Positions 9,468 through 19,511 of a stretch of 64,000 bases of DNA are shown here, piece by piece. Numbering within the stretch: the first letter of the stretch is position 1; each line of letters begins with the position of its first letter. Location of the stretch: IMG/VR virus record IMGVR_UViG_3300050821_004383, positions 1 to 64,000 of that record. The stretch is one strand, 5' to 3'. Position numbers and translations under genes: made by a program. The notes under the pieces are model-generated. The model was not told where the DNA came from. It was given only the letters and a program-made list of their open reading frames with translations, and did no database searches. Source of the DNA: a virus.

Positions 9468-10766
9468 TTAGACTTTGACGCCATAAGAGCGTAATTTCGC
9501 CGCGTATTGCGGGTCCTTTACGCGTCTCTTCATTTCTTCTGGCTTCTGTTTCAGAAAATCTTGGAGAAATTCCTTTCTCGTAAGTGCCGGGTCTGGCGTT
9601 CCTGGTCTTTGTGCGCTCAAAGAACCTGGAGCGATGCCCCCGTTCACTCCCGGACGACGGGTCGCTGGTTGCACATTAGGTGCGGCGACAGGCGTCGGAG
9701 CCGTTGCTTCAACCGGAGGCGCGACGACGGCCACGGGTTGTGCGGGTACTACAGATGATGGCACTGCAACTGGCGTTTCCGCTCCCGGGATTGCCGGGGC
9801 TACGGGCGTTGTTGGAGTGGCGGTTGGTGTCGGATTAGCGACCTCAACAGCTTGTCTTGTTGCCACGGTTTCCACCTTGGCAAGTTTGTCACCCTGGTCG
9901 AAGAGGTCTTGAAATGCGGCCTCCAAGTTGTCCAAGGTATAATCTAGGTTGTGCTTTTCGAGATATTCCCCGAGGGCCTTGTTGTTGGCCTCGCACGGGT
10001 TATAATCGTGAAGGTGATTGCGCATGAACGTATTCGCGATTGTGCGACCGTCCTCGCGCCACTGCTTTTCCTTCAACTCTCGTTCTCTCTGCTGATACTC
10101 AGTCTCGATGACCTGATGAATGACATCGGTGACCTTAGCTGAGTCCTTCGACTCCAAAGCGATTCGCGCTGCTTCCGCGATTGCTTCCGGAGACAAAACT
10201 GTTTTCTCTTGCTTGAACGTCAGCTTCTGCTGCTTCAAGCGATGAAACGCGCGAGTCGCCTGGGTGTGAACCTCGCGCTTCTTAGCGAGGAACTCCGGGA
10301 GCGTACGCGCTTCCAAGTGTGTCGGGCGTCCGATAGCCTTGCCATCTTCGCCTACGACCTGATATTCTTCAACGTAACGGCTGACTACGCCGTTCGCGTC
10401 GCGAAGTACGGTGATGCCTAACTTCTTCAATTCTGAATCTTCTGCCTCGTACGGCTTTACGACGGGCACGGGTACAGTTTCCACTGGCACTGGCGGGACT
10501 TCCGCGACGACAGGCTGTGCGGCCATTGTCTGCGCTTCCGCTGCGAGTGCTTCCGTTGAGGGAGGAACTGTGCGAGCTAACTGGGAATCAACCTCAGCCT
10601 CTCGGGTCTGAGCCTCTAGCATCAGCTTAGAGATGTGAGTAGCTACTCCGCTACCACGGTCTCCCATCAGCTTCTGCATATCGGCTGCGGTCTTTGGGTC
10701 TTTCACGGCGGCAAAGATGGACTTCAAGTCCATTGCCAGCACGGCTTCGCGAGTTATTGAACTCAT
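9468..10766 (-). CDS. Capsid scaffolding protein
   Basis: Helical, P/A/V-rich, between portal and capsid genes. Confidence 0.7.
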   Translation of the reverse strand: MSSITREAVLAMDLKSIFAAVKDPKTAADMQKLMGDRGSGVATHISKLMLEAQTREAEVDSQLARTVPPSTEALAAEAQTMAAQPVVAEVPPVPVETVPVPVVKPYEAEDSELKKLGITVLRDANGVVSRYVEEYQVVGEDGKAIGRPTHLEARTLPEFLAKKREVHTQATRAFHRLKQQKLTFKQEKTVLSPEAIAEAARIALESKDSAKVTDVIHQVIETEYQQRERELKEKQWREDGRTIANTFMRNHLHDYNPCEANNKALGEYLEKHNLDYTLDNLEAAFQDLFDQGDKLAKVETVATRQAVEVANPTPTATPTTPVAPAIPGAETPVAVPSSVVPAQPVAVVAPPVEATAPTPVAAPNVQPATRRPGVNGGIAPGSLSAQRPGTPDPALTRKEFLQDFLKQKPEEMKRRVKDPQYAAKLRSYGVKV

Positions 10767-10787
10767 GTGATTTCCTTATATTTGATT

Positions 10788-11159
10788 CTACTGCTTTCCC
10801 TCGGGAGAAGGAGATTTGACTACGGGCAACTGAAAGCGATTTTTCACGCCCTCGACAACCGTTGGGTTCTCTCGTTGCTGTACAACTTGAAACGCTTTAC
10901 GCTGGTGTACTCGAACTGAGTCGAGCACGTCAGCGGAAAACTTGTTCATGGCACGGGCCGTGGTTTGCAAACCCGCTAACTGCTCCGGATAACGCTCTAC
11001 TGTCGGATTCAACTTAATGACTTCCTCGGTTGCTTGACGGCATGATTCAGCCATCAGCCTCACGAGGATTTTCCATCCCGGTTGTGTCGTCAGTTGTGCG
11101 AGCGCGACCTGCTCTTCGAGATTTAGGCTCTCGCCCAAAACTTTACGTTCCTCAGCCAT
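10788..11159 (-). CDS. Small helical protein downstream of portal
   Basis: 123 aa; 'LTTQPGWKIL' motif; position after portal. Confidence 0.65.
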   Translation of the reverse strand: MAEERKVLGESLNLEEQVALAQLTTQPGWKILVRLMAESCRQATEEVIKLNPTVERYPEQLAGLQTTARAMNKFSADVLDSVRVHQRKAFQVVQQRENPTVVEGVKNRFQLPVVKSPSPEGKQ

Positions 11160-11220
11160 TGGTTGCTTCCTTTACCCTTTCAGGTATTGTGTCAAGGGCG
11201 TCCGCCGACGCCCCCGATAG

Positions 11221-13338
11221 TTATAGAGATGTTGTTGCGCCGAAGCCTTGCGATTGCTCCGGGCCTGTGCCTAGTAACGACGGCTGGGTTGACTTCTCGA
11301 TAGAAGCACGCCAAGATTCGTTGCCCGCCTTGCCAAGTTGCTTCTGGTTTTCCAGCGTCTGTTCTTGTTCGAACTTAGACTGCTGCATCTTGGCTGCTGA
11401 TGCTGCCTGCGCTTGCTGCAATGCCGCTGGGCTGTTAGCATCGTGCTTCTGCTTCTCTTCCGGTGTCATTTCACGTAGGAACTTCTGACTGAACTTCCAG
11501 CCAGCCGCGTCCACGAATGCTTGGAAGATGGCAACTGCGTCGAACTGGTATCCAGCGTCGTTTGCGTTAGCAACGAATGTCGGGTTGTTCAACAACTGAA
11601 TCATGATTGGGAGCGCTTGAGCCATTTCTTTCTTGGCTCCCAGGTTTGCTCCCGCGAGAACTTCGTATTCAACCTTCGCGTTACGAAGGGCGATATGGTC
11701 AACCTTGAAGTCGTTACCAATCTTCTCGCCTAGAATGTCCTTGATGACCGAGGTCGGCAACAAGTCGTTGTCGAGGTCGTCCATCTGGAACATCCAGGGT
11801 TCGAAAACTTGGCGGATGAAACGTCCGGTTGGTCCATCGAGACGCGACGCGTTCGCGGCGACAACTGCTGCCGCTCCCGTTCCACTTCTCATGCCCGTCG
11901 TGCTAATGCCTGCGTGGCCTGCGCCTTGAACGACTTGTTCGTTCGCGCCCGAGGTAGCCGCGCCTGCTGACTGCGACTGCTGAATGAATGCGAACGCCTC
12001 TTGAGGCGGCGTCGGCATTTGTAGGAACTTGAAAGCCTTCTCAACGTCTTCTTCAACGTCGATGATGCCTCCCTGTTCCCAGCGAGTGTTTTGTGTTGGT
12101 GCGTTGAAGCCCTTCTTACGAAGAGCGACAGGTTGCAAACAGTAGGCCAGCAAATCAAGAGCGAGGTTCGTTACCCCCTGCTCAACAATCTGCTCACTAC
12201 CGATTAGCAAACCAAGTCCCTGACCGTAGAAGTTATCAGGGATGTTACGCCAATTAGCCGAGTAGAAAGGAATCTTTCCAAACGGGTTCGCTTCATTGCG
12301 AATAAGAATGTTGTGACCGTTGTAAATCAAGACGACGATGACCTTCTCGTTGTCCCAATACTCCAAGAGTTCGAGAGGTGCACGGTTCGGGTCGGCGGTC
12401 GATTTGTAGCTGCGCGGCTTCGCGTGCTGCAAATAGCCCATCATCCCTTCCGGGATGGTCATAGAAATGTTGTCTGGTCCCGGCGAGGTTGCCTTCGCAA
12501 ACATCGCACGAAGAACATCCGCTTCCGGAATAACGTAACCTTCCACTCCGCGTAGGCGGTCGAGGTCTTGGTACGTCGCGTAGTCGCGGTAAACAACCCA
12601 CTTCGCCGCGCGGATATCGCCCACACGGCATCCTGGGTCCACTAGAACCGTACGAATGTCGCAGAACTTTATCCACGGATGGGAGACCGTCTTCTTGTAG
12701 AACTCGATTTCGAAGTCGTCTGAATCCGGCGTGTCAATCGGCGCAACGGTTAGACCTTCCGGCGCGTTCACCTTTGGTGCGTAGCGCTTGTACTTCTTTT
12801 CGGTCTTCTGGTACTCGGTGTAGCCCCACTTCCAGATTGCTGTGCCTAGGAGCGCCATCTGCTCCAAACCGCGCTCAACTTCTTCTTCAAAGCGCATCGC
12901 CTTTAGTTGGAAGGTAAACAGAGCGGTCTTCGCGTCGATTACATCCTGGCTTGTGCCCGGACTCGGGCGAAGCAGGAAGCACGGGTCTTCATAGAAGATG
13001 CCGCCCATAATCTTTGGCACGATTGAACTGATGTGGTTCGAGACCATGAACTTCGGCACCGCCGAGTTCGCAACGTCGGTCCCACCAGCAACGTCGTTGC
13101 TCGAAATCGGAGACTGATAAAGCAAGTCCGACATCGTCCAACCGCTGGCCCACTGATTAATGTTGATGAAGTTGTCTGCGAGTTCCGCGTTGTTAAGAAC
13201 GAGTTTAATCGCAGCGGCGGCGTCGAACTGTACGGTCCCAGTATCCGAGTCGATGTAGGTATTGTCTACCGTAATCTCTTCGGCTGGCACCTGCTCTAAA
13301 TTGGCTATTGTTACGTCAACGTCGCTCATAGTCTCCAC
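11221..13338 (-). CDS. Portal protein (podovirus type)
   Basis: 705 aa after terminase; 'LLGTAIWKWG', 'VDPG', 'NPFGKIPF...FYGQG'. Confidence 0.85.
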   Translation of the reverse strand: METMSDVDVTIANLEQVPAEEITVDNTYIDSDTGTVQFDAAAAIKLVLNNAELADNFININQWASGWTMSDLLYQSPISSNDVAGGTDVANSAVPKFMVSNHISSIVPKIMGGIFYEDPCFLLRPSPGTSQDVIDAKTALFTFQLKAMRFEEEVERGLEQMALLGTAIWKWGYTEYQKTEKKYKRYAPKVNAPEGLTVAPIDTPDSDDFEIEFYKKTVSHPWIKFCDIRTVLVDPGCRVGDIRAAKWVVYRDYATYQDLDRLRGVEGYVIPEADVLRAMFAKATSPGPDNISMTIPEGMMGYLQHAKPRSYKSTADPNRAPLELLEYWDNEKVIVVLIYNGHNILIRNEANPFGKIPFYSANWRNIPDNFYGQGLGLLIGSEQIVEQGVTNLALDLLAYCLQPVALRKKGFNAPTQNTRWEQGGIIDVEEDVEKAFKFLQMPTPPQEAFAFIQQSQSAGAATSGANEQVVQGAGHAGISTTGMRSGTGAAAVVAANASRLDGPTGRFIRQVFEPWMFQMDDLDNDLLPTSVIKDILGEKIGNDFKVDHIALRNAKVEYEVLAGANLGAKKEMAQALPIMIQLLNNPTFVANANDAGYQFDAVAIFQAFVDAAGWKFSQKFLREMTPEEKQKHDANSPAALQQAQAASAAKMQQSKFEQEQTLENQKQLGKAGNESWRASIEKSTQPSLLGTGPEQSQGFGATTSL

Positions 13339-15626
13339 GGCCCTTTGTTACCGAAAACAACCATTCTTGGGTCCTTCGGCTTTTCAGGCTCCTGTGCTTC
13401 GGGTTCCGGTACAGTTACATCGCCCCGTTCACCTCTCACATACTGACGCCACGTTGGCGCGTGTACAGTAGGAGGCTGCTCGTGTCTTTGGCTATAAGGC
13501 GACCCGCCCGAGAACATTCGGTCGTACTGCATCTGCTTCAATTGTTTACGCTCGTACTCTTCTTGCGCTCTCTTCTCTTCTTCCGGGTCTACCCTGGATG
13601 CGGTAAACATTCTCTGGTCGAGGAGTCGAGTCGCTTGAGAAATAGCGTCTGGTATATCGTCTTTTCTTCCCTTCTTTGTCTCGCCCGTGAATCTCTCGAA
13701 CTGACGGTATAACTCGTCAATCCAAGGACCCGCGACGAAATGAAGGCGGTCATCCGCGAGCAAAATCTCCAAGCATTTGATTCTGTTTGATTTTGCGTTA
13801 AGCGTGTTTCCGGTTTCTACCCATCGGATGCTGCTCAAAACTTCCGGGCATCCATATCTGTTCGCGTAAGCAACCAGCACCAAGTTAAAGAGGTCGTGGC
13901 CTAATGATTTTTCAATCAAAGTTCTCGACGGTCTGTGCTTTCTTAAAAACAGCACTGTGTTATTGGCTAAGTCGGATGCCTTCCACTTATCGTAGTGAAC
14001 ATCCAAAACAACCAACTCTTGAGTGTTATCCGCTCGGGTGTGTATGCGGGATGCTGCTAGAACTGAAAAATCCGAACCCTTATTCTCTGAGTAAGCCCAG
14101 TCTAGCGTTACAACCACGTCTCCGGATTCAGGCGCGGCTGAGGCTCCGTAGGTGTGGGTGCGTAGAACTGCCTTCTCGAAGTGGACCGCTAGGTCGCTTA
14201 CTTCTATCGGGTCTGTTGCAATGTTCAAGTACTGGTTTTTGAAACCGCGCTCTTTGTACTCTTTCAGTTTGCTACGAAGAGCCTTCCAGTTCAGCTTGTA
14301 CGGGAACCACAAATCAACCATATCTTCTGTGACTTCGAAGACGCCGTTCGGCTTTTCCAGAAGTCGCTGATACTCTACTCTGAATTGCGACTTCGGTGTC
14401 CAGCACGAGAGGCACAGATACTTAAACGGTTCCGTCGAACTAACATCGTCCTCGTCAACCGCCTGACCCATGCGCCATCCGTACCAGTCTGTGGTGAAGT
14501 AGCGCGTACCGATAATGTCGGTGAATCCCCAACCCTCGACAAGAGCGTTGGTTGACTTAACTTTTTCTTTCAACTTCTCTCGAAGGTCTTCGTCCGCCGA
14601 GTTCTTGTCTTCTACGATATCGTCCAACTTTCTGATATCGCAGCGCTGTCCTACGAAAGACGAATCCAGCGACGTAATCCACACGTGCGGTTCTTTCGAG
14701 TTGAATAGCTGTGCTGGGCAAGTAATCGGCTGCTCAGAGCGGCCATCCACGCCCGTCAAAATATACTCTGGGAAGAGCATCTGAAATGCCGTCGGCTTTC
14801 CGCGCGGCGGCAGGTAAAAGTACTGCTTGACTTCTCCCATCAACTGATTCGATAGGCTCTTGACCGAAGTCATAATCATGACGCGAATGTCCGGGCAGTT
14901 CAACATCCACTGCACGGTATCCAGGCCGTCGATTGTAGACTTGTATCCGGAACGAGGAGCAAACAGCATCAGCGTGCGCGTCTCGGAGCCGTCTGCCGCG
15001 AAGCGCTGCTGTCTTCCGATTATGTCGTGCACGTCATCAAAGGTGCAGTCCGGGAAGTAGGCCCCATCAAAATTCTTCTGCACGAAGGCGTCGCAGATTA
15101 CCTGATGCGTGTCGTGAAACAGACTCTTTCCCACCAAGCGACCGAACCAGAACAGGTCCTTGCGTGCTTTGTCGCGCAGGTCAAGCCAATCTCGGAACGA
15201 GACAACCCGGTCAACTTCGAACGTCTTGCGATGCTCGATGTTGTTCGGGTCAATCTTGATGCCACCGATTTCGACGGCACGGATTTGAATCTTTTGCATA
15301 ACAGGAACCGGGAAGTTGCTTATCTTCTTTCCGGTCTTGTTATCCAGCTTCTCGTCTTCGTCGCTGATAATCGCAGAGGTTGCGCCCTCGTAAATAGCGA
15401 GCAACTGCACGGTGCTGCGGCACTCGCTCTTGTAGAAACGTCCGCTCTCGTCCAGTTCTTTTGCCCAAGCAAGATTCTCGTGATGCTCCTGCTCTCTTAA
15501 GGATTTTTCTGCTTCCTCGACAATAAGACTGGTTGTCGAGTAGGGTTCCGGCATACCCTTTTCACGTGCGCGTTTATTCGCTTGTCTACGACGGGCCGCT
15601 TCTCTTGACTGTTCTGCCGTTGCCAT
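13326..15626 (-). CDS. Terminase large subunit with long N-terminal extension
   Basis: Walker A-like 'APRSGYKST', Walker B 'KLDD', 'IIGTRY', nuclease 'LDWAYS..SDFS' and 'KDDIPDA'. Confidence 0.9.
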   Translation of the reverse strand: MATAEQSREAARRRQANKRAREKGMPEPYSTTSLIVEEAEKSLREQEHHENLAWAKELDESGRFYKSECRSTVQLLAIYEGATSAIISDEDEKLDNKTGKKISNFPVPVMQKIQIRAVEIGGIKIDPNNIEHRKTFEVDRVVSFRDWLDLRDKARKDLFWFGRLVGKSLFHDTHQVICDAFVQKNFDGAYFPDCTFDDVHDIIGRQQRFAADGSETRTLMLFAPRSGYKSTIDGLDTVQWMLNCPDIRVMIMTSVKSLSNQLMGEVKQYFYLPPRGKPTAFQMLFPEYILTGVDGRSEQPITCPAQLFNSKEPHVWITSLDSSFVGQRCDIRKLDDIVEDKNSADEDLREKLKEKVKSTNALVEGWGFTDIIGTRYFTTDWYGWRMGQAVDEDDVSSTEPFKYLCLSCWTPKSQFRVEYQRLLEKPNGVFEVTEDMVDLWFPYKLNWKALRSKLKEYKERGFKNQYLNIATDPIEVSDLAVHFEKAVLRTHTYGASAAPESGDVVVTLDWAYSENKGSDFSVLAASRIHTRADNTQELVVLDVHYDKWKASDLANNTVLFLRKHRPSRTLIEKSLGHDLFNLVLVAYANRYGCPEVLSSIRWVETGNTLNAKSNRIKCLEILLADDRLHFVAGPWIDELYRQFERFTGETKKGRKDDIPDAISQATRLLDQRMFTASRVDPEEEKRAQEEYERKQLKQMQYDRMFSGGSPYSQRHEQPPTVHAPTWRQYVRGERGDVTVPEPEAQEPEKPKDPRMVVFGNKGPWRL

Positions 15627-15643
15627 GAAAAACCTCTATTGGG

Positions 15644-15898
15644 TTACTGCTGGTCTAGCACCTTTTTAGCCTGCTCTCGACTTGCGAGAGCGGTATTGAT
15701 TTCGGGTGCTTCGTTACTTCTAACTCCCAAGAACTCGCCCGGGGCCTTTCGGGCCTCTCGTGCGTGGGAGTAATCGGTTCTTGGTTTAACTTCCGGAGCG
15801 AACGCGCTGGGCTTGTTGCCCGTAACGCTCTTGGTGAAATTGTTTGCTTTGTCGAGGGCCTTCTTCGCGCCCTCTAAAACGTTTGGTACTGAACCCAT
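15644..15898 (-). CDS. Hypothetical protein
   Basis: 84-aa ORF in operon. Confidence 0.6.
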   Translation of the reverse strand: MGSVPNVLEGAKKALDKANNFTKSVTGNKPSAFAPEVKPRTDYSHAREARKAPGEFLGVRSNEAPEINTALASREQAKKVLDQQ

Positions 15899-15900
15899 CT

Positions 15901-16527
15901 TTAGCTCCCCGGCAGGTCGATATCTTCTTCGCTGTCGCTTTCTTTTACAAGCGGCTGAACTTCGTATCCGTTCGCGTTTTTGAAGACACCGATGATGCCG
16001 CCCGGTTCAACCTTCAAGCTGTCATAACTCTCGTCAAAGAGACGGGAGATTTCTCGGATGACTGAGCCGTGAACACAAGCTGCCGATGGCACGCCGCTGT
16101 CTTCCCCCACTTTGATAACTTTCAAAATAGCGGGGTCAACGCGGTCGCGAAAATGCTGTACGCTCTCGCCGCCCGGGATAGTCACTTCCGGATTATTGCG
16201 GTAGTACTCCATCTTCTCTCGGTTCTCGTCCGACTTCGGGAGACCGGAAAAATCTCCGGTATTCAAGCTGTCAAGATTATCCAACTTCGCTGACTTCATT
16301 CTCTTCGCTTTTTCCAGCGGTAGAAGAGTCTGAGCGGTGCGCTGCATGCCGCTGTGGTATAAAGCGCTCAACTTATATGCAGCCAAGTAGCCTGGGATTT
16401 CCTCCGCCTGAGCCTTGCCGTCCGCGTTCAGCGGAACATCAAGGTCCCCACGGAACTTCTCTTTTCCGTCCGGGGGATTATTCAGTTCGGTTTCTCCGTG
16501 TCTGATGAAAAACGCGATGATATTCAT
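15901..16527 (-). CDS. Histidine phosphatase family protein
   Basis: 'RHGET', 'LN..G..QA', 'PGGES..F..RV', 'VHG'. Confidence 0.9.
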   Translation of the reverse strand: MNIIAFFIRHGETELNNPPDGKEKFRGDLDVPLNADGKAQAEEIPGYLAAYKLSALYHSGMQRTAQTLLPLEKAKRMKSAKLDNLDSLNTGDFSGLPKSDENREKMEYYRNNPEVTIPGGESVQHFRDRVDPAILKVIKVGEDSGVPSAACVHGSVIREISRLFDESYDSLKVEPGGIIGVFKNANGYEVQPLVKESDSEEDIDLPGS

Positions 16528-17418
16528 TTACATCCAATGCTTCTTAAAGTACAGAACAATCGCTTCCAAAAGCGTTGGCTTCTTGGGAGTGATGTGGTCC
16601 TTGATGTCTTCCCCGTTCGGCGGTGCTTGAGAGCGAATGCCCGCTGACGCGTCATCCATGAAGTCTACGAAGTGGGTGCCCATCGGCATTACTATGGTTG
16701 CCATCTGGGTGCTAGGGAAAACGGCTTCTACCATCCCAACAATCTTGTGCGTGCTCGCGTCTACCACCGCGCTGCCGGATGCGCCCGGTCCAACGCCGAT
16801 GCTTACGAAGTAGCGGCTCTTGCACATGTGACTGCAAGCAGGTCCGCCTTCGTCGTACGTAATCTGCTTCGAGACGACCTTGCCCTCGATAACTTGTTTC
16901 ACGACGCCTAGAGAGAAGTTTGCATTCAATACCGGGGTACCGATTGCCGGAATCTCTTCCTGGTCTTTCAAAATTTCGATGACCGGATAATTGCGGAGGC
17001 TTTGAAATTCAAAGACCGCGTAATCGTATCTGTCGTCGGATGCGAACTTTATGAGGTGAATTTCATGAAGTACGGGCTTCTCGCTCAACGCGTCGGAAAC
17101 GTAGTACTTCCAACCCTTGTCTAGCGCTTCGTAGCTAAAGCAGTGTCCCGCCGTCAAACCAGCGAAACCCCCGCCGCCGTTCGCGTCAATCACGGTTGCG
17201 GTGCACGTGAAGTGACTTTCGAACTTGCAACCCCACACGTCGTAACTTCCGAACCAGCCGTCAACGACCTTGTAATCGCAGACCTGCTTCCCGGTGTAGA
17301 CGGCCAAGGTTGCCTTGGACAGCGTCTCTGAGAAGTCCGGCTGCGCGGTCTTAGCGAACGCGGCGGTTCCGAATAGAGATGCGGCTAACAACGATAGTGC
17401 GAGAAAGAGTTTCTTCAT
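16528..17418 (-). CDS. Secreted trypsin-like serine protease
   Basis: Signal peptide MKKLFLALSLLAASLFGTAAFA; triad motifs 'TAGHC', 'DYA', 'GASGS'. Confidence 0.85.
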   Translation of the reverse strand: MKKLFLALSLLAASLFGTAAFAKTAQPDFSETLSKATLAVYTGKQVCDYKVVDGWFGSYDVWGCKFESHFTCTATVIDANGGGGFAGLTAGHCFSYEALDKGWKYYVSDALSEKPVLHEIHLIKFASDDRYDYAVFEFQSLRNYPVIEILKDQEEIPAIGTPVLNANFSLGVVKQVIEGKVVSKQITYDEGGPACSHMCKSRYFVSIGVGPGASGSAVVDASTHKIVGMVEAVFPSTQMATIVMPMGTHFVDFMDDASAGIRSQAPPNGEDIKDHITPKKPTLLEAIVLYFKKHWM

Positions 17419-17493
17419 TCTGATTCTCATGAGCAACTCTTGGCAGAGCACTGTCGCCCATACGCGGTTCCCGAAGGACCCCCTGCTCCGCGT

Positions 17494-17700
17494 TTACTTC
17501 CCGTCTTGGTCCGGATACTTTTGATACGTGAATGCGTGTGCGCCTAGAAAGCCGTAATACGCATAAACCGTGTTCTGAATACCTGACCCAATGTCGTGGC
17601 CTGTTTTGAAGTGGTACACAAAGATAGCAGCTTGAGCCGCAGTTCCTAGAATGATGTGGAACTTGTTTATGAGTAGGTCTAGCGCTTTGCTGAAATTCAC
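17494..17700 (-). CDS. Small membrane protein (holin candidate)
   Basis: 68 aa with two hydrophobic segments. Confidence 0.35.
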   Translation of the reverse strand: MNFSKALDLLINKFHIILGTAAQAAIFVYHFKTGHDIGSGIQNTVYAYYGFLGAHAFTYQKYPDQDGK

Positions 17701-17885
17701 TTCTTGAATCCTTTCATGGTCTTGGCAAAATTTTTCATGTGCTTCATGTGCTCGCTGTCGCTATCGTGAGTCGCCAGCTTATCTTCCGGAATGGTCTCGC
17801 CTTGAGGCACACCGAGAGCACGGTGAAGACCACCCTTTCGTAGGTGATGCATCGCGCGATAAGGGGAAGCGTTGTGCTTAGCCAT
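17697..17885 (-). CDS. Small basic hypothetical protein
   Basis: 62 aa; 'KGGLHRALGVPQGETIP'. Confidence 0.6.
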   Translation of the reverse strand: MAKHNASPYRAMHHLRKGGLHRALGVPQGETIPEDKLATHDSDSEHMKHMKNFAKTMKGFKK

Positions 17886-17886
17886 G

Positions 17887-18150
17887 TCAGGCTCCTGGCG
17901 TTAAGCCCGATGCTGTTGGCGGCGGTACTGCACCACCTTGAGGAAGCGCGTGAGGCGCTGCTTCCGCATCTGCCTCGCCTGGGTTCGGCGCGGAAGTGTG
18001 GTCCATCATGTGGTCCATCAAGCCGTCGTGGTCCGCCACGGCGCTCTTAACGTCCTTGTGAGCACCGTCCTTGTGCACGTGGTGCACAGTGTGGCTTCCG
18101 TCTTCGTGATGCTCAATGTGAGTATGTGTGAACGGGTGATGCTTTTTCAT
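17887..18150 (-). CDS. His-rich hypothetical protein
   Basis: 87 aa; 'HHPFTHTHIEHHEDGSHTVHHVH'. Confidence 0.6.
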   Translation of the reverse strand: MKKHHPFTHTHIEHHEDGSHTVHHVHKDGAHKDVKSAVADHDGLMDHMMDHTSAPNPGEADAEAAPHALPQGGAVPPPTASGLTPGA

Positions 18151-18158
18151 AAATCCTC

Positions 18159-18833
18159 TTAAACCTGTTTTGCTTTACGCGCATTTCTAGCGCGTACGTA
18201 TTCGGAGTCCTCGGTCTTGGGCAAACTCTTTTGAGATTCGAGGCTAAAATCTTTCGACTTAAACTTGGGCTTGTCTGGAGGCGATATCAGTTTCTGTGCC
18301 TCTCGCCACTCCATGTGCTCGCCTTCGTGACCGTCACAGCAATCATCCCAATCAACGCTCTGACCTTTGTGCTCCGACATCGCGTCGGAAGTTTCATCCT
18401 GGTCTTTGGACATCAGCTTGCAAACGCCGTCTTCGCCTTTACCGTCGGTAACTACGAAGTGCTCGCAAGAAGCGCCGTCCTTAAAACCGCCGCAGTTGGT
18501 TCCGGTAGGAGACTTCGCCCACTCTAAACCAGTTTGGTCTGCTGCTTTCTCACCAACAGTGTTGACGTTGTAGACGACTTGGTCGTCCCCAACCGCCAGC
18601 GGAGTTCCTCCGCGTTGGTAGGTACAAACAGGCGTGTAAACCTGACCGCCCTTGGTGACGCGGTCGATGACGATATCAGGCCCATGAATCTGACAACGCT
18701 TTTGGTGCGCATACATAAACGCACAGTTGAAGCAACTCTTGGGAGCGTCGCCCGTGTCTTTACCACCGACGAACGCTAGCGCCCATCGTTGTACGCCGGA
18801 AGCTGGTTCGATTTGTACTAGCTTATCCGCCAT
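18159..18833 (-). CDS. Cys-rich protein, possible metal/Fe-S binder
   Basis: Likely start MADKLV at 18833; two Cys clusters (CFNC..C..C and C..CEHF..C..CC). Confidence 0.55.
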   Translation of the reverse strand: MADKLVQIEPASGVQRWALAFVGGKDTGDAPKSCFNCAFMYAHQKRCQIHGPDIVIDRVTKGGQVYTPVCTYQRGGTPLAVGDDQVVYNVNTVGEKAADQTGLEWAKSPTGTNCGGFKDGASCEHFVVTDGKGEDGVCKLMSKDQDETSDAMSEHKGQSVDWDDCCDGHEGEHMEWREAQKLISPPDKPKFKSKDFSLESQKSLPKTEDSEYVRARNARKAKQV

Positions 18834-19016
18834 ACCAATCCTCTTACTTATTGGATTCTTTTCTAGCCGCACGCGCTGCCGTATAAGACGGCTTCTTGAC
18901 GTGCTCCGGAACGTGCTGTCCCTTCGATGCAGCATCCCACTCGGCAAGCGCTTTCTTCCCTAGTATCTCCGGGTGCGCGTGTAAATAGCCTCGTTGTGCG
19001 GCAGACTTGAACGGCA

Positions 19017-19247
19017 TTACTTAATCCAGTGAAGATACTGAGCTAACTGATGTAATCCGCCTGTAACCGGGATTACGCAGACAGCTTGAATCTTCTGCCA
19101 AAGACGTGTGCTCTTATCGTTGTCTTCCAACGACTTGACCTTGGTTGACATCTCGCCGCGAAACTCGCGAAAATCACCGTGATATGTTTCCACGACCTTG
19201 GTTAACTCTGTTATTGCTTTCAAGATTTCTGTTTTGTCATCGGGCAT
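19017..19247 (-). CDS. Small coiled-coil protein with C-terminal hydrophobic segment
   Basis: 76 aa. Confidence 0.55.
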   Translation of the reverse strand: MPDDKTEILKAITELTKVVETYHGDFREFRGEMSTKVKSLEDNDKSTRLWQKIQAVCVIPVTGGLHQLAQYLHWIK

Positions 19248-19340
19248 GGGAACTCAAAAGTTTGTCGGGGCTATGACTCGACCTGCTCGGGGTTTCACCG
19301 AACTGGGAGGTCGCCGTTTATGTAGGCGCACCTGCCACAG

Positions 19341-19369
19341 AAAAAGAAAGGGGAGCCTTTCGACTCCCC
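19341..19369 (-). terminator. Rho-independent terminator
   Basis: Minus strand GGGGAGTCGAAAGGCTCCCC followed by TTTCTTTTT. Confidence 0.8.
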
Positions 19370-19511
19370 AAAGTTATTATGGAGTTGCGTACCATTGCAA
19401 CTGTGGAATCGGTACGGTGCTTCCACTCACCTTAAGAAGAACAACAACTTGGTCTCCTGAGTTGATAGTAAGACGGGATGTGTTAATGTACCCGACTTTC
19501 ACACTGAGAAT

